Shown here in pieces: positions 52,701 through 61,923 of a DNA stretch of 64,000 bases. A program made the translations under genes and the position numbers. Every line of letters begins with the position of its first letter. Position 1 is the first letter of the stretch. The DNA is taken from the NCBI GenBank assembly GCA_001818315.1, contig MHKF01000012.1:23976-87975 (forward strand), in the 5' to 3' direction. This DNA comes from Candidatus Kerfeldbacteria bacterium RIFCSPLOWO2_02_FULL_42_19. GTDB taxonomy: Bacteria > Patescibacteriota > Patescibacteriia > HO2-48-17. The notes beneath the pieces were generated by a model. It ran no database searches. It was given only the letters and a program-made list of their open reading frames with translations, and was not told the DNA's origin.

Positions 52701-54305
52701 ACGAAGGGTGACACTATCACGCAAGATTTTCAACTCAGTAAGGCCTTATTCGAGATTCCTGATGGTGTATCGGAGACCTTTAGTTGTACAACTTTGAAAG
52801 AGATGCGACTTCCTGACGGCACAATTGTGAAGATTCCCGCGAATGCTTTGTGCACAGACGGTGATGTGACCGTGACCGCTGATCCGGCGACTGATGTATT
52901 TCGTACCAATGACGCAAAGCTTCTTATGTACGCATGGAATCTTGAAGCTTTACAGGACGGTCAACTTATCGAGAGCTTTAATTCCAATGTGACTATTATT
53001 ATTCCGTATAGCCAAGAAGTTGTTGATGAGGAAGGTATTGATGAATCGAATCTGCTGGCAAAATTCTTCGATGATTCTACGAGTACCTGGCAGACACCGG
53101 ACAACGTCACAGTGGATACTGAAGCTAACTTGGTCACCGCACAAGTAGATCACTTTACAGAGTTTGCAGTGACCAATAGCGGTGATACGAAGACAAGTAG
53201 TGAAGTGAAAGAAACAACACAAAAGAAACAACGTCATGATATTGTGATTACTCCGTGGTCCAAGGGTGGTCCGCAGGTTGCGGTGTGGAATAAAGATGGG
53301 AAACTGATTACGACGTGGTTTGCTTATGGACAGGATCTGCGCATGGGAATCACGACCTTTAGTGGCGATCTTGATGGCAATGGCGTACCAGAAGTGATTA
53401 CGATTCCTGGTGAAGGCTTTAGTTCGCAGGTTCGTGTTTTTGACGGCACAAATGGAAAAATTTTGAGTCAGTTCTTTGCCTATGATACCGCTTTCAAGAA
53501 AGGTATCAATCTTGCAGTGTATGATCTCGATGGCGATGGAGATCAAGAAATTATTACGGTTCCAGCCAAGGACGCGACTGCTGATGTAAAGATTTTCGAT
53601 CGCAATGGTACGCTTGTCATGCGGTTCAACGCGTATGGGTCGACCTTCACGAAGGGCGCTTTAGTAGCTGCGATGGATTTAGATGGAGATAAACTCGGTG
53701 AAGTTGTTACAGCGCCAGTTGATGGTTCAGGGCAGATTCGTATCTGGTCAGCCAGTAAGGATGATGGTCCTGTTGCTCAATTCGATGCGTACGGCGCTGG
53801 ATATAATAAAGGTATTGCGTCTCTCGTATTGAATGATCTCGATGGAGATGGAAAGGGTGAAATTATCACAACTCCACGGGAGGGTAGTTCACAAGTTCGC
53901 ATCTTTAATCGTTCTGGGAAAGTCATCACGCAGTTCAATGCCTATGGTGAGGGCTTTAAGGGTGGTTCACGTATTGCAGTTGGAGATACTGATGGCGATG
54001 GCAAGCAAGACCTTGTAGCTTTGCCGAATGCGAATGGTTCTGCGCAGGCTCGTATCTTTACAAAGGATGGAGCGGTGAAATCGCAGTTCTTCGCATACCC
54101 GTCGGAGACGACGCGTCCAGGAAGATTCTCAGCAATGCTTGCTGATTTGGATGCCAATGGCAAAGATGAAGTGATCTTCGGCACGGGTGTGGATTTGGGA
54201 CCAAACGTGCGCATTTTTGATCAGAACGGTAAGACCATTGCGCAATTTATGGCATTGCATCCTGGCTTCCGCGGCGGTATGAATGTGAATGCCGTAGCGA
54301 GATAG
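49770..54305 (+). CDS. Large secreted protein: tandem carboxypeptidase-regulatory-like beta-sandwiches, ZU5-like region, C-terminal FG-GAP repeats
   Basis: Signal peptide; repeated ITGTVTDxxGxP..TDxxGxY; VKIPANAL..VDHFTEFAV; DLDGDGxxEIIT repeats. Confidence 0.88.
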   Translation: MSMPFRASGNARGITLVPSLRATIAFLAATIVLFAMFIVLLFAFPVDAAGKNKPTQPIDVADNDSRIEDVTAVAADTTPSATTSYTVSIQLTESIQQGGELRVDFQLTAGCPPQADWATQCRFGFTDDATVSGLPAGAVSNIADVNADSSQFGIRAESGAIAAGTLALTVSGVKNPSAGGLARVMVDSVVPSDEPDCPSSDDNGDDDGEEDEHQESEVNKADDQEMCFPDMTASDPIYLGTMAVVGAVTYKGGDLDGQPVSYGWVNAGTKDFWTGSSTDRFGAYAIPLPLPQGKYQIRAEVPMGITGYIPAVKEIEYKGTTITQDLTLGIAVKTLSGTVKYADGNAVADASVWINSRTNFMGTGAEVNEKGEYSASLDCGDYDMNLGPKWDPETNQPSSVDWMYNQPPKQVSFACDGQQQTQTVDFTVQKSDSKVIGTLVDNNGKPADGHVELRTKEGSGNGSHTDQKGKFSIPITAGTYEMNVWTQQQDLYFTGQKVEVPTGKTVDVGTLQLSKRDAQITGTVTDSNGTPLSGMNVNAWMPGAQGWSNAQTDDKGQYTLYVFVGEWEVGIHSGEGEDSSDQNYIQPQNQRVKIEKSGQTVSDINFKLEAADATIAVQVVDQDNNTMSDLYGWAFCHLEGQFGPGNEFGASVQRGQASIPVRGGETYVCGMGFPPEMPFSLEEEQKVQINSGESKDVTMRLVENDAVIHVIVKDQDGKQLKNVEGFVFAFTPEGFSHFGEPLKPDGTAHLTVRGGKKYVVGYDFRENSGYLNSHPDFKPFEVPEDSTVTRVLTAYKADASISGTVTDPDGKPMFAWVGASNRASLEDKAQLDTGVEGAQVIDTGTQTGPDGKYKLLLVSGEFEVFAGGEFGGKKDLLPPQLSSVTVKTGDALTLDMQFRSADATVSGAVTYADSGKTVPIGFCWAWSDEQGFSGNMLSNGKYTIPLVEGTWFVGCDSFNPNKGEGEFYRAQEAIVTVTKGDTITQDFQLSKALFEIPDGVSETFSCTTLKEMRLPDGTIVKIPANALCTDGDVTVTADPATDVFRTNDAKLLMYAWNLEALQDGQLIESFNSNVTIIIPYSQEVVDEEGIDESNLLAKFFDDSTSTWQTPDNVTVDTEANLVTAQVDHFTEFAVTNSGDTKTSSEVKETTQKKQRHDIVITPWSKGGPQVAVWNKDGKLITTWFAYGQDLRMGITTFSGDLDGNGVPEVITIPGEGFSSQVRVFDGTNGKILSQFFAYDTAFKKGINLAVYDLDGDGDQEIITVPAKDATADVKIFDRNGTLVMRFNAYGSTFTKGALVAAMDLDGDKLGEVVTAPVDGSGQIRIWSASKDDGPVAQFDAYGAGYNKGIASLVLNDLDGDGKGEIITTPREGSSQVRIFNRSGKVITQFNAYGEGFKGGSRIAVGDTDGDGKQDLVALPNANGSAQARIFTKDGAVKSQFFAYPSETTRPGRFSAMLADLDANGKDEVIFGTGVDLGPNVRIFDQNGKTIAQFMALHPGFRGGMNVNAVAR

Positions 54306-54355
54306 ATGCGATAGCGAGGTTGCGAACATTGCGGAAGCTTTTTCGCAAAATCCAA

Positions 54356-54387
54356 AAGAAGGCCCCGGTTTTTTTCGGGGTCTTCTT
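54356..54387. terminator. Terminator hairpin
   Basis: AAGAAGGCCCCGG..TCGGGGTCTTCTT. Confidence 0.65.
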
Positions 54388-54393
54388 GTATAC

Positions 54394-54617
54394 TGGGACT
54401 GTCGCCGAATACGCTTTCTTCTGTGAAAAATATATTTTAACTTGATAATTCCGCGCTAGCTTACTGCGCGGAGGTTCATTATGGAAAAAGAGGATGCAGA
54501 CTCTCGCTTTCGAAGCACTAACACTGCACTGTGTGCTGAGAAAGGAGAGTCTGCATCCTCTTTTTCCATAATGAAAACTCATTTCGCACATCCGAAAGTG
54601 CATTCGGCGACAGTGCT
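54394..54617. mobile_element. MITE-like element, hairpin-cargo type with nested insert (copy 5)
   Basis: GGGACTGTCGCCGAATAC..CATTCGGCGACAGTGC; perfect 29-bp arms around the core; extra ~40-bp palindrome at 54439-54480. Confidence 0.8.
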
Positions 54618-54618
54618 A

Positions 54619-57570
54619 TTATTGAGGAACAAGTTGCACCTTATTTTCTTCGCGCCTTTGTAGTTGCTGAACGAGTTGTGTGATTTTTTCGAGCCAGTGA
54701 TTTCCAAGTTGGGATTGCTTCGTCCGCACATGAAAGTTTGTCACATATTCCCAGGGTTCTCTGTAAAGTCCTTTTGGTATTACTTCGCTTGTTTTGATGA
54801 TGATTTTAAAATCCTGGGGTTTCGTGTCAAGTATTGGAACGGAGTCAATCTCAGTCAGTATACTTTGTTCTGCGAGTATTTTTATTTTGATGAGTTGTAA
54901 TAGGTTGTGTAAGGTTGTTGGTAAAGGAACATGCGTTGAAAGTTTTTGCTTTAAGTCGTTGAATGCATCTACAGATTCGATTTTTGCAAGTTTTCGATAT
55001 AATTCCAAGCGTTTTTCTTCGTTGGGTTCGTATTCCAATGGGATGTATGCTTCGAGCGGCAAATCGATGTGTACATCTCTTTTTACAGCGACACTTTTTG
55101 AATGTTGTAATTCATCGACCGCAAATTTCATGAGTCGCAGATAAAGATGAAGTCCGATGCGTACGGCGTGTCCATGTTGTTCTTTTCCGAGAATATTACC
55201 GATCCCGCGAATTTCCATATCACGTTTGGCGATGTCCAGGCCAGCTCCGAGTTCGCTTGCTTCTTCGAGTGCTGTAAGTCGCTCGTGAGCTGTTTCACTC
55301 AATTTGTTTCGGTGCGTTAAAAAGTAGGCAAAGGCTTGACGATTGCCTCTGCCGATGCGTCCCCGTAGTTGATGGAGTTGGGCGAGTCCAAAGTTTTCTG
55401 CCTCGTCCACAATGAGCGTATTCACATTTGGAAGATCGATGCCATTTTCGATAATCGTGGAACAGAGCAGTATATCGATTGATCCTTGATCAAAAACATG
55501 CATGACGTTTGCAAGTGTCGTATCAGGTAATTGACCGTGCGCAATGCCGATGTGCGCTTTGGGGAGCAGCGTCTGGATTTCATATTTGCGTTTTTCGATG
55601 CTCGGAATATGGTTGTGAAGAAAATAAACTTGTCCTTTACGGTTGAGTTCGAAAGCGAGCGCTTTTTGGATCACTGCATCACTCGTATGAGCAACATGAG
55701 TTTGGATTGCTTTACGGTTTGACGGTGGAGTTTCGAGGTAACTTATCGATTTAATGCCGGAAAGGGCAAGATACAGGGTCCGCGGAATGGGTGTTGCAGA
55801 GAGTGTCAAAACGTGCACGCCGGTTTTGAATGCAATGAGTTTTTCTTTTTGTTTGACGCCAAAGCGTTGTTCTTCATCGATAATCACAAGTCCGAGTTTT
55901 GGAAACTGAATGTCTTTTCCAAGGAGCGTGTGCGTTGCGATGATCACGTCAATGAGCCCGTCTTTGAGCGCTCGTTGTGTTTGTTGTTTTTCTTTTGATT
56001 TTTTCCATCTCGTTAAAAGCGCTCCTCGTATTGGTAGACCCTTGGTTCGTTCTGTGAATGTGTCGAAGTGTTGTTGTGCTAAGATCGTTGTCGGAGCAAG
56101 TAATGCTACTTGATATCCGTTGAGTGCTGCGTGCACTGCTGCACGCAGAGCGATTTCTGTTTTTCCGAATCCAACATCGCCACACAGAAGGTGATCCATA
56201 GGAGTTTCTGTGGAAAGTTCCTGAACAATTTTTTTGAGCGCCGTTTTTTGATCTTGTGTCAGTTCATAGGCGAATGTTTCTTCGAGTATTGTTTCCTCTG
56301 ATTGTATTGTGAATGTGCTGGTTTTCGCGTTCGCACGTTTCGCATGCTGATCCAGGAGTTCTTTGGCAATGTGTTCTGTGCTTTTTTTTACAATATGCAG
56401 AGTTTCCTGCCAGGTATTTCCAGAGAGTGAATGGAGTTTAGGATGTTCTGTACCTACGTAGCGTTCGATGCGATCCAGTTGATCAACGGGTACGAAGAGT
56501 TTATCTTTTCCAGCGTACTGAATTGCAACGAAGTCTCGATTTTTTCCGTTGATGTACATACGTGTGAGACCGATGTATTTACCGATGCCGTGATAGATAT
56601 GCACAACAAAACACCCAAGCGTGAGTTGGTCGAGGGTAATTTTTGTTTTTGTTTTTCGGAGCGAAGTTTGTTTTTCTGTTTTTCCAAAAAGATGGAGATC
56701 GGTGAGGAAAAGTACCCTGTGTTTTGGATCAATGAAGCCTTTGTCTTGCGCAAGGTTGAAAGTGTTCTGTATATTTTCCGGAAGTATCGTGATTTTCGGG
56801 AATGTTTCTTTGGGGAAGAGGGTTTGTATTTTGTGGGGATGATCTGTAGTAATAAAAATTTGAAAGTCGCCGTATTTTCGCGCATCTTTTTGTATGCGGG
56901 TTACGTCGCTGTGATACCACTGCGGTATTTTGAATCTCACATTATTTAGATTTTCCAAAAGAGTGTGATGCGGAAAATAGTTTTGAATAGTCCACGGTGT
57001 TTGTTTTTCTGATATTAAGTTGATAGGTAATTTGAGTTTCGAAATTTTTTTGAGTACTGCTTTTGTATTGTGATGGATACGTGTGATCTGTTCTATATTA
57101 TTTTCTTCAAACTGTATGCGATAGAGATCAGTCTCATTCGGAAGCCAGACTTCTAGAATTTCGCCTTTGCCCGCGAAGGTAAGGGGGGTATTGCAAGTTT
57201 TTTCATGTGTGAATCCTTGGCGTATAAGAAAACTCGCAATGTGTCTGGGTTCGTATATGTTTTGTTTTATTAAGGTGAGTGATGATTCTTTGAGAGTTTG
57301 TGGATTTTTGAGCGTAAGCGTTTCGATGTCTTTTATAGCGATAATAATATTCGCTTCGTGAGGTAGAAATAGGAGTGTTTGTTGCGAATATTGTGGTACT
57401 GTTTTTGCAAGTGTTGCGACTGAAGCGTTTTTTGTAAAACGCATCACGAGTTCGGCAAGCGTTTTTTGCTCTTCCGTATTTTTTGAAAAATACAAAACAC
57501 CCTTGTGTGATGTAAGAGGGATGTGTGCAAGCGTGTATGCCTTTGCTGGAAGTCCGAGTATTGCTGGCAT
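54619..57570 (-). CDS. mfd: Transcription-repair coupling factor (shortened N-terminus)
   Basis: VVHIYHGIG (RID), GDVGFGKTE, DEEQRFG, QLRGRIGR, DMEIRG, TRCF C-domain. Confidence 0.93.
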   Translation of the reverse strand: MPAILGLPAKAYTLAHIPLTSHKGVLYFSKNTEEQKTLAELVMRFTKNASVATLAKTVPQYSQQTLLFLPHEANIIIAIKDIETLTLKNPQTLKESSLTLIKQNIYEPRHIASFLIRQGFTHEKTCNTPLTFAGKGEILEVWLPNETDLYRIQFEENNIEQITRIHHNTKAVLKKISKLKLPINLISEKQTPWTIQNYFPHHTLLENLNNVRFKIPQWYHSDVTRIQKDARKYGDFQIFITTDHPHKIQTLFPKETFPKITILPENIQNTFNLAQDKGFIDPKHRVLFLTDLHLFGKTEKQTSLRKTKTKITLDQLTLGCFVVHIYHGIGKYIGLTRMYINGKNRDFVAIQYAGKDKLFVPVDQLDRIERYVGTEHPKLHSLSGNTWQETLHIVKKSTEHIAKELLDQHAKRANAKTSTFTIQSEETILEETFAYELTQDQKTALKKIVQELSTETPMDHLLCGDVGFGKTEIALRAAVHAALNGYQVALLAPTTILAQQHFDTFTERTKGLPIRGALLTRWKKSKEKQQTQRALKDGLIDVIIATHTLLGKDIQFPKLGLVIIDEEQRFGVKQKEKLIAFKTGVHVLTLSATPIPRTLYLALSGIKSISYLETPPSNRKAIQTHVAHTSDAVIQKALAFELNRKGQVYFLHNHIPSIEKRKYEIQTLLPKAHIGIAHGQLPDTTLANVMHVFDQGSIDILLCSTIIENGIDLPNVNTLIVDEAENFGLAQLHQLRGRIGRGNRQAFAYFLTHRNKLSETAHERLTALEEASELGAGLDIAKRDMEIRGIGNILGKEQHGHAVRIGLHLYLRLMKFAVDELQHSKSVAVKRDVHIDLPLEAYIPLEYEPNEEKRLELYRKLAKIESVDAFNDLKQKLSTHVPLPTTLHNLLQLIKIKILAEQSILTEIDSVPILDTKPQDFKIIIKTSEVIPKGLYREPWEYVTNFHVRTKQSQLGNHWLEKITQLVQQLQRREENKVQLVPQ

Positions 57571-57645
57571 GTTTTGAGTATACCATGAATCCTTATCAAA
57601 GAAATTTTTTTGCTTCTCAATATTTTCATCGCAGCAAGCAAGTTT

Positions 57646-57740
57646 ATAGAATGAAAAGAGGAGGAGACTCTATCTTTCGAAGCACTAACAATGCACAGTG
57701 TGCTGAGACAGTATAGAGTCTCACTCCTCTTTGTCTGTAC
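57646..57740. repeat. Degenerate hairpin-cargo element (copy 6)
   Basis: AAAGAGGAGGAGACTCTAT..core CTTTCGAAGCACTAACAATGCACAGTGTGCTGAGA..ATAGAGTCTCACTCCTCTTT. Confidence 0.7.
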
Positions 57741-57841
57741 AATCAAAACTCGCTTTTTAGAGGCGAAGCGTATGTGATGGAATTTAAAAAATGCAAAACC
57801 TTCCACAGAAAGTGTGGAAGGTACGGTGTGCGATGGAGAGA

Positions 57842-58792
57842 TTATTTGTTTGTTTTGAGGAGAGATGGAGATGGGTCGAAATCTGGCAGGAACGCTTCCG
57901 GATGGGGATGAAACACAATTTGTGCCCATGTGAAAAGACACGGGTGTTCGTTTGCTACTTCAACGAATCTAAACAACAGGGCTTGGTTGAGCGCGGGCGC
58001 TGAAGCAGCATGCCTACAAAATCCACTTTCGAAAAGGTCTGGCATACCCCATTGATGAGCATAGAAGCATTGTTGAAAGGATGTGTAATGTTGGATGTAC
58101 CAAATATATTCACAATCCTTTCTTGTGAGGGGATCAGCGAGTTCAATATCGGCGAAAATTTTTTTCTGATTTTCGGTTGCTGCGTGCCACTGAAAATACA
58201 TTTCAATCTCGCGACTGAACTTCAGTATCCCCCCTATTACTTCTCTATTGCTTTGTAACTTGGCGAGGAGAAACTCATTCAAGATCAAGGTTGGATACAG
58301 TGGATAGAGATGCCAATCTTGCGGCTTTTTTGTTGCCTGTACCGAAGGAAGTGGCCGCGTTGAGAATCGTACAAACTGACCTTCCGTGCGGAACTCAATC
58401 ATCATACTTTCGTTATGGATAAGTTTGATGATTTCGTTCGCCATATTTTTATCCGGATAGTGACTCGTCAAGAATACTATCCTATCTATCAAAGCCTTTG
58501 TATTCTCTGGATTCCGTTCACGCGCTTTTTCGACAGGCCAATCATAAGGTGGAATTGCGGGTAATTCAGGCATATCTCCAGTCTCGACAGGTGGAACTGT
58601 GCTTTCGATATGCCAGTCGTGTTGGAGTTCTTTGATCACAAGTTTTTTCTGGAGTGCGATTCGCTCCTGGACCCCCTCCTCATTTTCACAACTGCAGTCG
58701 CAATTGCTCGTCACGCTCATCATTCCTATGACGAGCATTACGATGATGACTGTGCGGAGTCGTACATTTTTCCAAAGAGCAGTCGTTGGCAT
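57842..58792 (-). CDS. Hypothetical exported Cys-containing protein
   Basis: SD AAGGAG, N-terminal hydrophobic segment then NCDCSC. Confidence 0.7.
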   Translation of the reverse strand: MPTTALWKNVRLRTVIIVMLVIGMMSVTSNCDCSCENEEGVQERIALQKKLVIKELQHDWHIESTVPPVETGDMPELPAIPPYDWPVEKARERNPENTKALIDRIVFLTSHYPDKNMANEIIKLIHNESMMIEFRTEGQFVRFSTRPLPSVQATKKPQDWHLYPLYPTLILNEFLLAKLQSNREVIGGILKFSREIEMYFQWHAATENQKKIFADIELADPLTRKDCEYIWYIQHYTSFQQCFYAHQWGMPDLFESGFCRHAASAPALNQALLFRFVEVANEHPCLFTWAQIVFHPHPEAFLPDFDPSPSLLKTNK

Positions 58793-59124
58793 TTTTATCT
58801 CTCCTTTTGATGATTTTTTTTTTCTATTTTTTTGTCTACGTCTTTGGCTCGTTACTTTGTGGTGACGTAAACAGGAAGAGGATATACGAAAAATACAATT
58901 TTGTCAATCCTTAGCAGAATTTTTTATTTCGCTTCATTTTTTTGTATTGCTTATTCAAAATGTTGTTCATCATTCGAATACGAAGGGTCCGCTCACAATA
59001 ATTCTTTGTAAGCGGACTCTGGTAATGTCCTGTGTGCGTGTCTTCCGATCTCCGTGGTTGATAGACGCTTTGCGTCCTGTTTGATAGAATACAATTACAT
59101 TTTTATCTATGAGTTTTACATGAT

Positions 59125-60126
59125 ATGCGAGTTCCTCATTCGTCCAAACCGCGGGTTCTTAGTGGCATTCAACCTACAAACGTGCTGCATATTGGGAATT
59201 ATCTTGGTGCGATCAAGCAATGGGTTGATATGCAGAAAGAGTATGAATGTTTTTTTTGTATTGTCGACCTTCATGCGATTACTGTTCAACAAAAGTCCAA
59301 AAGCCTTCATGAAAATATCCGCAGACTCGCTGCGTTTTATATCGCGTGCGGAATTGATCCTGCGGTTTCCACTATTTTTGTTCAATCGCGAGTATCAGGA
59401 CACGCTGAACTCGCTTGGATATTAAATACGCTGGTGAAAGTTTCGGAGCTTGAGCGTATGACGCAATATAAAGATAAATCCAATCAACATCGGACGAATA
59501 TTAATGCCGGTCTTCTTGATTACCCGGTACTTATGGCGGCTGACATCCTGCTTTATGATACCGATGTCGTGCCGGTGGGGGAGGATCAATCACAACATGT
59601 TGAACTTACATGTACGTTAGCACGGCGATTGAATACCCAGTTTGGAAATGTTTTGAAAGTTCCAAAATTGAAGTTGTGTGTGGAAACAGCGCGTATTGCA
59701 GCACTGGATGATCCTTTGAAAAAGATGAGTAAGAGCGCATCGAGTGCTATGAATTATATTGCTCTTGACGATGCCTCCAAAACCATACAGCAAAAGTTTC
59801 AAAAAGCAGTGACAGACTCTGGTCGGACGATTGTTTTTGATCCGAAGCGACCCGGGCTATATAATCTTTTAACGATTTATAAAGCTTTTACCGATGAATC
59901 CGAACAGGCGATTGAAGAACACTTTCGTGGGAATGGGTATGCAGCACTTAAACAAGAAGTTGCTCGCGTCGTGATTCAGGCGCTTGAACCTATTCAAGAT
60001 CGCTATCATGCGTTACTTGATCGTCGATCTGAACTTGAACAGATACTTGACGCAGGAACGAAGCATGCTCATGCGATCGCGCGGGTTACGCTTGAAAGAG
60101 TTTTTCGTGCTCTTGGTCTTGGGTAA
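59125..60126 (+). CDS. trpS: Tryptophan--tRNA ligase
   Basis: SGIQPT..HIGNYLG, YPVLMAADIL, VGEDQ, KMSKS. Confidence 0.98.
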   Translation: MRVPHSSKPRVLSGIQPTNVLHIGNYLGAIKQWVDMQKEYECFFCIVDLHAITVQQKSKSLHENIRRLAAFYIACGIDPAVSTIFVQSRVSGHAELAWILNTLVKVSELERMTQYKDKSNQHRTNINAGLLDYPVLMAADILLYDTDVVPVGEDQSQHVELTCTLARRLNTQFGNVLKVPKLKLCVETARIAALDDPLKKMSKSASSAMNYIALDDASKTIQQKFQKAVTDSGRTIVFDPKRPGLYNLLTIYKAFTDESEQAIEEHFRGNGYAALKQEVARVVIQALEPIQDRYHALLDRRSELEQILDAGTKHAHAIARVTLERVFRALGLG

Positions 60127-60133
60127 AAAAAAG

Positions 60134-60252
60134 AGCCTATACTTTTGCACTCTTATAGAAATGCGGAGGAGGGCACGATACCGCGAGACTGGTTGTGGCG
60201 AACCAGTTTCGTTAGCGTGCAGCTTGAAAGCTGAGCGCATACATTATAGGCT
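60134..60252. ncRNA. Candidate structured RNA or repeat, related to 23328-23503
   Basis: Closing stem AGCCTATA/TATAGGCT enclosing three hairpins. Confidence 0.35.
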
Positions 60253-60301
60253 GTGTGTATTATAGTTGTTTGTAAATTCTCGTCAAGTTAGCCATACTTT
60301 G

Positions 60302-60330
60302 TTGACGATTTTTGTGTTTATTGGTAACTT
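60302..60330 (+). promoter_or_regulatory. Promoter upstream of murL
   Basis: TTGACG-17 bp-TAACTT with TG extension. Confidence 0.5.
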
Positions 60331-60486
60331 TAAACTTGATAATTCCGTGCGCTCTCGGCGCAGGGAGACTGGATCCGCAGATTTGTAAAGATCACGGTAT
60401 GGTATATGCTGTAGTTCTGGGAATGTCGTTCCTGATTTTCCTTTGATTAACAAGAGTTTCAATCTTTCGTATTCCGGAAACGATTT

Positions 60487-61884
60487 GTGACATTACAAGA
60501 GCTTCGCATACAACATCCTTGTTTTCACTATCGGTCGTTCGCATATGCCCTGAAGGGCGAGATACTTCAGCTTGATTTTGTATTTGAACTTGAACCTGAT
60601 ATTATCTTTCAGCCACGGACTTTCATACATGGTCTTGATATCACGCGTTTTTCTACGCTTCGTCCGCAGCTATTGAATCATTTTATTTTTCATCTCGGTC
60701 TGCTTGAATTATTGAGTTATTGGAAGACAGCGTGTTCTCCTGTGATTGAGATCGCTTCCGGTGTTTTGGATGAAGCGCAGATTGCTTGGTGGCAGGATTT
60801 ATTTTTACAGGGTCTTGGTGAGTTTTTCTATGTCAATCAAATTGATTATACCGCTCCTGACTTTGTGCGTTTTAAGGTTCTGCCTCACACACGGGCGTAT
60901 ACCGAAAGTGATAGTACTCCACAATGTTTTCAAGGGAGTCTTGATGCCAAACGGATACTTGTGCCTGTTGGGGGAGGTCGTGACTCTATCGTTACATTAG
61001 AGTTTCTGAAAAAGACTCCGCATGAACTTTCTGCTTTTCTGATCAATCCAACACAAGCGCAACGTGATGTAGTGCAAATCAGTGAATTGACCCGTCAGAT
61101 TATTGTTGAGCGTAGATTAGATTCGAAACTTTTTGATTTGAACGCTGCTGGATACTTGAACGGTCATGTGCCCATTTCTGCGTATTATGCGTTCTATGCG
61201 TGTTTTGTCGCAGTTCTTTTAGGATACAAATTCGTCTCGATTTCGCAGGAACGTAGTTCGAACGAAGGAACAGTCGATTTTTATGGCTTGTCTGTGAATC
61301 ATCAATATTCGAAGACATTTGAATTTGAAGAGAAATTTCGTAAGTATTTCACCTCTGTGTTAGCTTCTGATTTGGAATATTTTAGTTTGTTACGCCCGTT
61401 GTATTCGGTGCAAATTTCCAAGATTTTTGCGAATACGCCAAAATACTTTCCTGTTTTCCGCAGTTGCAATCGCGGACAAAAGACGAATACATGGTGTGGG
61501 GTTTGTGCGAAATGCTTGTTTACATACGCATCGTTGTTTCCTTTTGTATCGGAATCAGTTTTGCAGAGTATTTTCGGGGCCGACATATTATCGAAGTCCG
61601 AGCTTCGTGAGACCGCATTAGAGCTCATCGGTAAGCGCCCAGCGAAACCCTTTGAATGCGTCGGTACGTTTGAGGAAAATAAAGTTGTTTTCTTTTTGTG
61701 TATGCAAAAATTTCAAAAGTCGTATGCAGATAAGCCGTTGCCATCGGTACTTGGCGTCGTTTCTGCGGCACTTGTGGAAGAAACCGATATGGCGCAGCGT
61801 GCGCAGGCGCTTCTGAGTTCCTGGAATACGCAACATCATGTGCCAGAGCAGTTTGCCGAGCTCCTCCATGCTTTTGTTGAATGA
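60487..61884 (+). CDS. murL: UDP-MurNAc-L-Ala-L-Glu epimerase
   Basis: SYWK, VPVGGGRDS, NGHVPISA, ERSS, NHQYSK, SCNR, WCGVCAKC, KPFECVG; adjacent to murD. Confidence 0.85.
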   Translation: MTLQELRIQHPCFHYRSFAYALKGEILQLDFVFELEPDIIFQPRTFIHGLDITRFSTLRPQLLNHFIFHLGLLELLSYWKTACSPVIEIASGVLDEAQIAWWQDLFLQGLGEFFYVNQIDYTAPDFVRFKVLPHTRAYTESDSTPQCFQGSLDAKRILVPVGGGRDSIVTLEFLKKTPHELSAFLINPTQAQRDVVQISELTRQIIVERRLDSKLFDLNAAGYLNGHVPISAYYAFYACFVAVLLGYKFVSISQERSSNEGTVDFYGLSVNHQYSKTFEFEEKFRKYFTSVLASDLEYFSLLRPLYSVQISKIFANTPKYFPVFRSCNRGQKTNTWCGVCAKCLFTYASLFPFVSESVLQSIFGADILSKSELRETALELIGKRPAKPFECVGTFEENKVVFFLCMQKFQKSYADKPLPSVLGVVSAALVEETDMAQRAQALLSSWNTQHHVPEQFAELLHAFVE

Positions 61885-61923
61885 TTTGGAGTCATCAATC
61901 AGACATGTTAGAGTGCAAATATT

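Noticed and set aside
58985-59019. Hairpin upstream of trpS as a T-box riboswitch
   Set aside because: No T-box consensus (GGTGGNACC) or stem I features seen
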